Source: a virus. Taken from it: a DNA stretch of 43,823 nt. Made by a program: the position numbers and the translations under genes. The DNA lies in the IMG/VR virus record IMGVR_UViG_3300045988_085211, positions 1-43,823 of that record. One strand, written 5' to 3'. Numbering within the stretch: the stretch's first letter is position 1; each line of letters starts with the position of its first letter. The notes under the pieces were generated by a model. It saw nothing but the letters and a program-made list of their open reading frames with translations, made no database searches and was not told the DNA's origin. Of this stretch, positions 1-8,082 are shown one piece after another.

Positions 1-25
1 CGGGTTCAATTCCCGTCATCAGCTC
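1..25 (+). other. tRNA 3'-end-like fragment (T-arm plus 3' acceptor strand), partial only
   Basis: CGGG-TTCAATT-CCCG T-arm followed by TCATCAGCTC and a T-run; no 5' half present in the window. Confidence 0.55.
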
Positions 26-55
26 TTTTTTTATGCCTAAAATAAGGCATTCTTA
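1..55. repeat. Terminal direct repeat copy 1 (att core, or circular-assembly overlap)
   Basis: Exact 55/55 identity with 43769-43823. Confidence 0.9.
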
Positions 56-58
56 AAT
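33..58 (+). terminator. Hairpin ATGCCT-N6-AGGCAT with T-rich tail downstream of the tRNA-like fragment
   Basis: Perfect 6-bp stem at 33-38/45-50 followed by TCTTAAATTT. Confidence 0.35.
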
Positions 59-84
59 TTCGTGTCATCTTTCGTGTCATCTAA
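59..84 (+). promoter_or_regulatory. Tandem TTCGTGTCATCT x2 (putative integrase arm-type sites), left copy
   Basis: 26-bp block identical to 43611-43636, which lies on the other side of the core. Confidence 0.5.
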
Positions 85-624
85 CTATAGCTTGTCCAAG
101 AACTCTTTCTTCCACTTCTTATCATCCACCCAGTATGCCGGGCATGGCTTTCCTGTTACATCAAAGTGCCGGATTACGTGTGCCTTGTCGATATTATATT
201 TCTTCATCAGCTTTTTTGTAAGTGTAACAGCATTCTGAATCGTCGCTGCTGACGCTCCAGCTTTTCCGTCTCTTACAGTATCACACAATTCGATGTTGAT
301 CGAGTTGGCATTGGTGCAAAGTCCATACTTCTTGCCACCGCCTGTCTTCCCACAGTTCGGATATTTTTTCCCGCCAACGGACCATGCGACATTTTTAAGC
401 GGCACTGACTTCGTGTAGGAATCATCATCGACGAAATAATGCGCGCTGGCTTTGACCACATTTTTATGGAAGTATTTCGCATTCGCTTCATCTGTATCGC
501 CATCATTGGCGGTGTAATGGATAACGATGTACTTGATGGATTTTAAACTTCTCTTATCTCCATAGTTTTTCGGGTTCGCAAACAACTGCTTTACAATTGC
601 TTTGATTGCTTTTGTAACTGCCAT
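85..624 (-). CDS. N-acetylmuramoyl-L-alanine amidase endolysin (Amidase_2/PGRP type)
   Basis: IVIHYTAN, AHYFVDD, INIELCD and HFDVTGKPCP motifs; terminal gene next to the holin. Confidence 0.9.
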   Translation of the reverse strand: MAVTKAIKAIVKQLFANPKNYGDKRSLKSIKYIVIHYTANDGDTDEANAKYFHKNVVKASAHYFVDDDSYTKSVPLKNVAWSVGGKKYPNCGKTGGGKKYGLCTNANSINIELCDTVRDGKAGASAATIQNAVTLTKKLMKKYNIDKAHVIRHFDVTGKPCPAYWVDDKKWKKEFLDKL

Positions 625-625
625 G

Positions 626-853
626 CTATTCCTCCTTAACTTCCGGGATGCCGGCTACACTGGTGAGCAGCGATACCAAGCCTGCAACGATCGATGCAGA
701 TACTACCATCTTCCAGTCTACTGCAGACACGACTGCACTTGTTCCGATAACAGCAATAGCTGTCTGCGCCATAGTCTTCACTGCTCTGACTGCTGCGGCC
801 TTTGCCCATTTCTGCGTGTTTACTGATACTTTGAATACACAATTTTTTGGCAT
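626..853 (-). CDS. Holin (two hydrophobic helices, charged C-terminus)
   Basis: 75 aa, TM-rich (AIAVIGTSAVVSAV, IVAGLVSLLTSVAG), immediately upstream of the endolysin. Confidence 0.75.
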   Translation of the reverse strand: MPKNCVFKVSVNTQKWAKAAAVRAVKTMAQTAIAVIGTSAVVSAVDWKMVVSASIVAGLVSLLTSVAGIPEVKEE

Positions 854-854
854 A

Positions 855-1157
855 TTAGTCTCCTTCCTGTGGCTCTGTTGACAGAGCCATCAATGCGTTA
901 TATAGTTGCGTTCCTACTCCGTTACCATGAAGCGCATGATACTGCTGGTACTCATCCTCTAAGGACTGCTTAACATACACCGGACAATATCCTAGATCAT
1001 CATGGTATTTATTGTACAGGCGTATGAGGTCGGCACGGAGCAACGCCCTGACCCCCTTGCGAGTAGCAATTACCTGTCTATACAGGAATAAAATTGCGCC
1101 TGCAAAAGCAGTTATTAACTGCCAGTTGTCTGATATGAATTTGATCATTCGGTGCAC
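855..1157 (-). CDS. Lysis-cassette membrane-anchored protein, function unknown
   Basis: 100 aa with an N-terminal TM (WQLITAFAGAILFLY); first gene after the promoter element at 1178-1217. Confidence 0.5.
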   Translation of the reverse strand: MHRMIKFISDNWQLITAFAGAILFLYRQVIATRKGVRALLRADLIRLYNKYHDDLGYCPVYVKQSLEDEYQQYHALHGNGVGTQLYNALMALSTEPQEGD

Positions 1158-1177
1158 TCCTTAATATTTATGATTAA

Positions 1178-1217
1178 AGTATACTCCCTATTCTTTGACT
1201 ATTTGTACCAAATAAGG
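1178..1217 (-). promoter_or_regulatory. Conserved TTGGTACAAAT element plus -10-like TATACT (copy a), heads the lysis operon
   Basis: - strand CCTTATTTGGTACAAAT, then 22 nt after TTGGTA, then TATACT (1183-1178). Confidence 0.55.
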
Positions 1218-1238
1218 GACACCCGAAGATGTCCCTTA
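1213..1238 (-). terminator. Intrinsic terminator after the fibre gene
   Basis: 9-bp stem TAAGGGACA/TGTCCCTTA with an 8-nt loop, followed by TTATTT on the - strand. Confidence 0.6.
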
Positions 1239-1248
1239 AGCTTGCTAC

Positions 1249-3423
1249 TTAATATTCCAATTCACTGTCTTCTCCATATCCATCAGATATGCAATACAGT
1301 TTTCTTTCTTTTCGATTGATTACCAGATAGATTGCACAATCATTAATCCAGTTTACATACGACGGATGCCCAAATATGGCACGCGTACTAACCGCATATA
1401 TATCATTTCCGAATTTGTTAACACCTGATGAATGGATATGTCCATGTACATTTGCGATGATGATATTACTCTTGTTGTTAGTAAAATCATAACTAACACT
1501 ACTCTCAAAATCTTTGGTAGTACATTCACAGTTGCCTGCGGTACCTTCCTTGAAAGCATTTAAAATTTCTACCATCGAATCTCCACCATGTTCCGGAGTT
1601 ACTCCGGCTCTCTGATTATTCGCAAATTCATATTCAAACAGATCATTGCTGATTGGGTGATGTGAAAATAAAATCACTTGCCAACCAGCTTCCTGAAACT
1701 TCAAATGATCCGCAACAAATTGTAATTGTGACTGGCTGAATCCTGTAATGTGTTGCCCTGCATAGTTTATACTATTATTATCTTCATCTAAAACTTGCGG
1801 AATATCTATCGTATTCAACATAAATACACGGATCTTTTTATTCGGTATATCATAATATCCATATGTTTTCTGAATATTATCTGCGTCCCTTTGAGTTTTA
1901 TCCTGATCAATATCTGATAAGATTGCAAATCGCTCCTCATCGTTTACCATTCCATTTTTCACATCAAGATGCATCGTGTTATCATCGTGATTTCCTTTTA
2001 TGACAAACCTTGGCGCATCCGCTCTTGTTCTTTTCATCAGTGCTCCCAGATACTTCAATGAAGCTGTAGCCGTCTCTTTATCCGTATCTTTGCTATTATC
2101 CAGATAATCCCCTCCAAAAACAAGCATATCAACCTTACATTCTTTACTCACAGAATTATATCTGCTCAAATATTTCTGGATTTTAGAACTGCTCTGTTGC
2201 AAATAGTCCTCGTCTTTTCCACATGTAATATGCAAATCAGTCTGAAATGCAATAAGTGCTGTATTTGAATCACTTGCATTTTTTATAGATGCAATAGTTG
2301 TTTTCAGTTCTGTATTTTCCTCTGTAGAAAGCTGCACATCCAACAAATTTGCATCCGCTTCATTTCCATATTTTGCAGCAATCTGATCCAGCAAATTCGT
2401 AATCTGATTATCACATAAAGCTATACTTACATCATTTGAAGATATGTTTTCCGGTTCGTATACAAGGCATCTGTAGTAAATGCCTTTCTCCGGTTTAAAC
2501 GCAGCATCAGCCGTATACCAGCTACTTGCTTTCAACCAAGTATATTTTCCTGTCTCATCGTCATATGTATATGAATAATAACTATGTAATGCCGTAGATG
2601 GAATATTGGCAACAAATACCATTCCATCCTTTTGCACCTTTTTGTACTCCACACTTCTTGTAAAGATCAGACTTCCATCGTTTATATCCTCTCCATTTTC
2701 CCAAGATATCTCTCCATTTTCAAACTGTCCAAAAAATTCTGTGTCATAATTGAATAAAATATTTGTGTTAATTTCCATACTGCCAACAGTAGATATCAAC
2801 CCTGATATTGAATTTTTGTTAGAGCGAATTTCCTTTTCCAATCGTGGAATATCATTTATATAATTTTCCAAATTAGATACTGACTTTAATAATCCAATAA
2901 TTGGATTGGGATCTGCTTTCGCACATGACGAAAACACCGCAATTTTATCGTCATCCCATACGGTATAATTTTGCTCTCTGACTAATATACAAAATATTCT
3001 ATCCCCTGCAATAGTGAATGTTGATGCTGTCATCCATCCATCTGGGTCCGATTCATCTGGTAAATAAGTTCCCTGCAAATCATACACGAATACTCTATGA
3101 TAATACTTTGAAGTATTTTTAAAAGTGATTATGGTATTTACATTCGTAGAAATTTTTTGACACCGTATACGCATTGATTTATCATCACCGATCAATTCGC
3201 CATTCTTAGCATCGATTTGTCCAATTGTCCAAATCAAATCTGGCAAAGCACCTGCGCATTCACCGTATACTTGTGTCCGTAAGTCTGTAACATCATAATA
3301 TGCTGACACACCATTCTCATCAAAATAGTTCTTTATGGCATTGGTCACCTGTTCGTCTGTAGCGGGATGAGATATGGGTTGTGTAATATATCTTCCATCC
3401 CTTGTCTTTAAAGCAATGCTCAT
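1249..3423 (-). CDS. Tail fibre/receptor-binding protein with C-terminal calcineurin-like metallophosphoesterase domain
   Basis: Motifs DLH, GGDYLDN, GNHD, SHHP and GHIH in order; RBS AAGGGGGA before the ATG at 3423; last gene of the tail module. Confidence 0.75.
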   Translation of the reverse strand: MSIALKTRDGRYITQPISHPATDEQVTNAIKNYFDENGVSAYYDVTDLRTQVYGECAGALPDLIWTIGQIDAKNGELIGDDKSMRIRCQKISTNVNTIITFKNTSKYYHRVFVYDLQGTYLPDESDPDGWMTASTFTIAGDRIFCILVREQNYTVWDDDKIAVFSSCAKADPNPIIGLLKSVSNLENYINDIPRLEKEIRSNKNSISGLISTVGSMEINTNILFNYDTEFFGQFENGEISWENGEDINDGSLIFTRSVEYKKVQKDGMVFVANIPSTALHSYYSYTYDDETGKYTWLKASSWYTADAAFKPEKGIYYRCLVYEPENISSNDVSIALCDNQITNLLDQIAAKYGNEADANLLDVQLSTEENTELKTTIASIKNASDSNTALIAFQTDLHITCGKDEDYLQQSSSKIQKYLSRYNSVSKECKVDMLVFGGDYLDNSKDTDKETATASLKYLGALMKRTRADAPRFVIKGNHDDNTMHLDVKNGMVNDEERFAILSDIDQDKTQRDADNIQKTYGYYDIPNKKIRVFMLNTIDIPQVLDEDNNSINYAGQHITGFSQSQLQFVADHLKFQEAGWQVILFSHHPISNDLFEYEFANNQRAGVTPEHGGDSMVEILNAFKEGTAGNCECTTKDFESSVSYDFTNNKSNIIIANVHGHIHSSGVNKFGNDIYAVSTRAIFGHPSYVNWINDCAIYLVINRKERKLYCISDGYGEDSELEY

Positions 3424-3436
3424 TTTATATTCCCCC

Positions 3437-5062
3437 TTATGGTGCAATCAATGTAACTGATTTTTGAGCAATTAAAATTGTCTCATCTGTAAATACCGCA
3501 TAATTCTGTTCCTTCATCGTTATGGCAATCATATAATCATCCTCTAATATAACGCTTGATTCTGTATGCCATTTATTGTTTTCTGCTGTTATATCTTTTA
3601 AATAATTTCCTGAAAGATCATAATAAATCAATGTCCAATTATATTTTGCAGCATTAGAAAATGCTATCTTTGTTCCCTTAGGTAGCTCTAGTGCCTCATT
3701 TGATGTAATTCTCATTTTTTGAGAATCATCTACCAGCACACCAGCTTTGTCTGTTCTAATACCAATCCGAAAAGAAAAACTCGGAAGAATATAACGAACA
3801 TTACATTGCACTGTATGATTACCACACTTTGCATATATGATACAATCAGCTGTTTTTTTTGTTATTCTCTCCACAACACCATTTGAAACAATAGCTATTC
3901 TTTCGTTGCTACTGTACCATTTTACAGGTTCTGTACAATCAACAGGTTCAACACTTGGCACCAATATCAAATTATTTAAACTGAATGCGCTTATTTTTTC
4001 ATCATTTTTATTTAAAGATAACTTCGTACACGGAATTGTATTAAGGACTAAGCCTTGCAACACAATACTTCCGATCAGATTATCACCATACATGAATTTT
4101 AAAGTCTGGTTCGAATCTGATGTTATAGTAATGTTCTGAACCAACAACTGCTCCATAAGACTATCCAGGAGCTTATCATCATCACCTTCAACCTCTTCAT
4201 ATACAACTACATTTTCCAAATCCTTATTTGCATCCTGAATCGATTTAATGTCTGATGCCAAGCTGCCTTTTATTAATGGGTTCTTTTCTGTCGCATCTAA
4301 TGCATATGTACCTTTTTCACCTATAGCATTACTATTGGTCAGCTGTGTGGAACTGTGAATTGTTCCATCTGCATCAATAACCAAACTATCGCCATCAGGG
4401 CGCACTAGTCCCACCATATCGGTGGTTGCAATTTTAACATTTGATACACCTCTGGCTGTATCGGCATATGTTTTCGCTTTTGCTGCATACCCCTGTGCCA
4501 AGTCAGCACTCGATGCAGAATTGTCACTACTATCACTCGAAGCCTTTGCCGCCTTTTCTGCCTTTGCAGATTCCACCCTAATGTCCGCAAGGTAATCCGG
4601 TCTTAAATGCTTTTCTTCAATACTTCCCTCTTTTACGATTGCGGGCACCTTACCGTCACTGCCAATATCAAAAGCGATGGTATCGCTATCTGTAAATTCG
4701 TATTGTGTAATCAGCGCGCTCAAATCAACATACTGTTTTGTACCATCGTCAAGTGCAATGATTAACTGCTGCGTCTGTGGATCATAAGCAAAGTTCACCG
4801 CCAGCTTTTCCAGCTTGGTATCAATTACCGCTTTTGAACCATTCATCTTAACGACCGTCAATGTTCCTTGAGATTCATCCCACAGTATTTCTTTCACAAG
4901 TTCATTGGCTTTTGTTAGATCGACTTTGGATGCATCCATAGCAACCACACGATCATCCAGTGCATCAATACCGGATTCGATATTGTTCAACCGTGTTCTG
5001 TTTACCGCTGTCTTCTCGCTCGGATAGTTCTCCCAGTATTCACGCGCATATATTTTCTGCAT
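3437..5062 (-). CDS. Tail fibre protein (conserved fibre N-terminus, Ig-like Big_2-type segment, C-terminal module shared with the next gene)
   Basis: N-terminus MQKIYAREYWENYPSEKT..LNNIESGIDALD is typical of prophage fibre proteins; position after Tal. Confidence 0.7.
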   Translation of the reverse strand: MQKIYAREYWENYPSEKTAVNRTRLNNIESGIDALDDRVVAMDASKVDLTKANELVKEILWDESQGTLTVVKMNGSKAVIDTKLEKLAVNFAYDPQTQQLIIALDDGTKQYVDLSALITQYEFTDSDTIAFDIGSDGKVPAIVKEGSIEEKHLRPDYLADIRVESAKAEKAAKASSDSSDNSASSADLAQGYAAKAKTYADTARGVSNVKIATTDMVGLVRPDGDSLVIDADGTIHSSTQLTNSNAIGEKGTYALDATEKNPLIKGSLASDIKSIQDANKDLENVVVYEEVEGDDDKLLDSLMEQLLVQNITITSDSNQTLKFMYGDNLIGSIVLQGLVLNTIPCTKLSLNKNDEKISAFSLNNLILVPSVEPVDCTEPVKWYSSNERIAIVSNGVVERITKKTADCIIYAKCGNHTVQCNVRYILPSFSFRIGIRTDKAGVLVDDSQKMRITSNEALELPKGTKIAFSNAAKYNWTLIYYDLSGNYLKDITAENNKWHTESSVILEDDYMIAITMKEQNYAVFTDETILIAQKSVTLIAP

Positions 5063-5072
5063 ATTCTGCCCC

Positions 5073-5294
5073 CTATACGGAAAGTGTTTCTACTGCATCC
5101 TCAAAGTCTGCTCGATCAGCTTTGAAAGTCTCTTTATTGTTCTTGTAAAGTTCCTCATTTTGAATTGCGTAATTTACACTGCGCTTTCCATCTGCCTGGA
5201 TCTGTGCGTTAAAATAAACAAATGGAGTTGCCTTTCCTTCTACATCTACTGATGATACTCCACTCACATTAATTGTTTTCTGTACTGTTAACAT
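5073..5294 (-). CDS. Small tail-module protein, function unknown
   Basis: 73-aa ORF; its start overlaps the Tal stop; co-oriented with the module. Confidence 0.5.
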   Translation of the reverse strand: MLTVQKTINVSGVSSVDVEGKATPFVYFNAQIQADGKRSVNYAIQNEELYKNNKETFKADRADFEDAVETLSV

Positions 5295-7657
5295 AATTTT
5301 TCCTCCAATTCTTGTACTCTTTGATTCAATATTGTTATCTCGCCATGCAAAACGAAATTATCACATTTTATAAATTCCATATCAATCATTTGCTTTTGAA
5401 TCATTGCCGTATTAAGAGCTATAAACTCCTGATAGCAAAGGACGTAAATATCCGATGCTCCATTGTTGCTAATTAAAAAGTTGTTCCATTCTTCATCCGA
5501 ACCAAAGTCATATCTTGTGAAATAGGAATGTTCCAACGCAAAGAGCTCATCGTTTCCGATTCCCGATGCTATTAAAGCTTCTTCAACATCCTGTGCGACA
5601 AAGCCTATGTGTATTCCATTTGAATCATCAACAAATCGATATTCCATAGGCCTTAGCTGCTTGAAAAAATTTTCATATCGTGCATCGTTCAGCAACTCAG
5701 AGAAATCCTTTTTCTTCCTGCGGTCTGACGTAGTTTTCCATCCACCTTTAGAATATCCTCCCGCAAATGGATTAGGTGTAGTTCCGCACCATACTGAATT
5801 ACTACTAGGAATAAAATTGTCATTTCCACTCATTGTCACATATGCACTTGATCCTCTAAGATATTCTGCATTTGTGGCAACAGTAGAATGGCTTGCTTCT
5901 CCTGCCTTAGCTGCATGCTCTGCCTCTTGTGCCGTTCTTGCTGCATTGGCAACTGCACTATCATATACCCAATCCCGTGTTGCGACCTCGTCTTGTCCGA
6001 TTAAGATACCTCCTGTATCTGGTACAAAAATTATTCCATTGTCTATAACAAGATCACCATATTTTCCCGTCTGGAAAAACCTTTGTCCGTTTATGGTTCC
6101 ACCCTTTAGCCGATCGCAACTAATTTCACCAGTTGTAATATTTGCACCATTAATTGTCGTGCTTCCGGCATTAGCTAAATCCCAAAAAGACACAAAACCT
6201 GTAACAGTTATATTTGCATTATCCGACGATGTATCTATCACATTTCCATTTTCATCGTATAATCGGATTGTAAGCCCTACACTTTGATCGCCACCGGACG
6301 CTGTCAGTCCGATGCTATGCGCCGATTGTGATATTCTGGTAGACATCTCTGCTTCCGAATTTAAACGTGCCATAACTTCTGCTTGAATCTGGCTCGCTGT
6401 CATTTCAAGCTGTGAAGATGTGTTTTCATCTAAATCATTAAACTGTGCCAAAAGATGATCCGCATTCCGCTCCAATGTACTTGTACGGCGCTGTACATTT
6501 GCCAAAGTTTCTCGCATAGAATTAGTATTTTTACTATGATTTTCTACACCCTGGGAAACTATAGAATCTCTCTTCGACTGTACACCGGTAAGAGTTCGCT
6601 GTAAGATGTATGTTTCTACAATCTCCCTGGAAGTGTTGAAACGAATCGGATCTCCCAACTCTAGGCACGGATTACCAACGCATGTACAACTTTTAATCGG
6701 TGTGTATTCTGCCTGTGCAATTACCGGCAGCAGATTATTCGCAATCTGCTTCATTTCAGCCCCAGTCTTGTCGCTTATAAGGAAGTTGCCGGAAATAACA
6801 TAATTGTTTCCAGATGTTCCCACAATAGCCCCAGCAGTAGAATCATCTGCCCGGATCTCCAACTGTGTTATTGCTTGGCTTTGGAACGCTTCATAGTCAA
6901 ATGTGATATAATGCCCAGTCATACTTTCGGTGTTTGCATCCGATGGAAAGAGATCTTCCCGTGGGTACAGATCTTCTGCCGGATACAGTGCAGATGTAAT
7001 CGCCTTTAAAATCACATACTCAAATTTCCCATCTCTCCCAATGTTTCCAAATGCTCCGTTGATCTCACAAATCGCTTCGATGATTGTCTTGCCACTTATC
7101 GTAGCTTCTGCGGTCACGCTGGAATCCTCGGACTGTGTAGTTACCAGTGTTTTGTTTACTATCATGGAATCGTTGACAAGGTTTGTCTCTTTCTGTTCAA
7201 TGCCGAGGTGTGCAAAAAAACTGTCGCGAAATGCTTTCAGGGTCATCGGAAAAGACAAACCATCATACCAGCTCTTTACATTAGAATTAATAATGTCATA
7301 CATGGCATCATAGGCAACGATCTGTCTCTTGGTACGGTCTGCTGTTGGCGTGTCTGACTGCACTGTGTATGTACCATATACAAACGGATCATCTTCATTT
7401 CCTTCCAGAATTTCCACTGGACGCAACTTCATTCCCTTTGTGGCAATTGGCACTTCCCTTCCGGTAAAAGAAATCTGATTCGGCATACAGGAGCCAAATT
7501 TCAGTTCTGTGCCATCATTCAGCGTTTCGGTAAGCGTGAACGTATCCTGCTCTCGCGTGGTATTATCGATCACATGCTTTGTACCAATCACTTCTATATT
7601 AAGTTGCTTATCTATCGACTCCGTATAATAGAGTTCCTTATTTTTTCCTGCGATCAT
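5288..7657 (-). CDS. Tail-associated tip/lysin protein (Tal-like) with C-terminal Peptidase_S74 intramolecular chaperone domain
   Basis: 789 aa after TMP and Dit; C-terminal TSDRRKKKDF..IGFVAQDVEE matches the S74 autoprocessing signature. Confidence 0.8.
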   Translation of the reverse strand: MIAGKNKELYYTESIDKQLNIEVIGTKHVIDNTTREQDTFTLTETLNDGTELKFGSCMPNQISFTGREVPIATKGMKLRPVEILEGNEDDPFVYGTYTVQSDTPTADRTKRQIVAYDAMYDIINSNVKSWYDGLSFPMTLKAFRDSFFAHLGIEQKETNLVNDSMIVNKTLVTTQSEDSSVTAEATISGKTIIEAICEINGAFGNIGRDGKFEYVILKAITSALYPAEDLYPREDLFPSDANTESMTGHYITFDYEAFQSQAITQLEIRADDSTAGAIVGTSGNNYVISGNFLISDKTGAEMKQIANNLLPVIAQAEYTPIKSCTCVGNPCLELGDPIRFNTSREIVETYILQRTLTGVQSKRDSIVSQGVENHSKNTNSMRETLANVQRRTSTLERNADHLLAQFNDLDENTSSQLEMTASQIQAEVMARLNSEAEMSTRISQSAHSIGLTASGGDQSVGLTIRLYDENGNVIDTSSDNANITVTGFVSFWDLANAGSTTINGANITTGEISCDRLKGGTINGQRFFQTGKYGDLVIDNGIIFVPDTGGILIGQDEVATRDWVYDSAVANAARTAQEAEHAAKAGEASHSTVATNAEYLRGSSAYVTMSGNDNFIPSSNSVWCGTTPNPFAGGYSKGGWKTTSDRRKKKDFSELLNDARYENFFKQLRPMEYRFVDDSNGIHIGFVAQDVEEALIASGIGNDELFALEHSYFTRYDFGSDEEWNNFLISNNGASDIYVLCYQEFIALNTAMIQKQMIDMEFIKCDNFVLHGEITILNQRVQELEEKLC

Positions 7658-8070
7658 CTGACTTTTCCTCCGTATCCAATCAGAGCAAATCTATGCGCTG
7701 CATATTTAACTGTTTTATCGTCAGCATACACTACCACAGGTGTAATATCCGGAACATAACAATACATAGAGACATACTCTCCCAATTCAGATACATAAGC
7801 TGTGCACATGCATTTCTTCTCCCGTTTGTTCACATACTGCTTTTCTACATGATCATAGAAATTCCGTAGCTTTTCCTCATCCATTGATGGAAGCTGCCAC
7901 TCAACCTTCTCGACCTGATTTGCCAAAGCGGTTCTATGCAACTCTCCATTATCATCATTGTAAGAATCTTTGTCCTGTCCAAGCAGTGGAGCTTGGAATG
8001 ATTCAGCTGATATGTATTCAAATGGCACTGTCCATGTGCCGATTTTCACAAGATAACCGCCGTATCCCAT
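7654..8070 (-). CDS. Putative distal tail protein (Dit), unusually short
   Basis: 138 aa; assigned by its position between the tape measure and Tal only. Confidence 0.45.
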   Translation of the reverse strand: MGYGGYLVKIGTWTVPFEYISAESFQAPLLGQDKDSYNDDNGELHRTALANQVEKVEWQLPSMDEEKLRNFYDHVEKQYVNKREKKCMCTAYVSELGEYVSMYCYVPDITPVVVYADDKTVKYAAHRFALIGYGGKVR

Positions 8071-8082
8071 AACTCCACCTCC

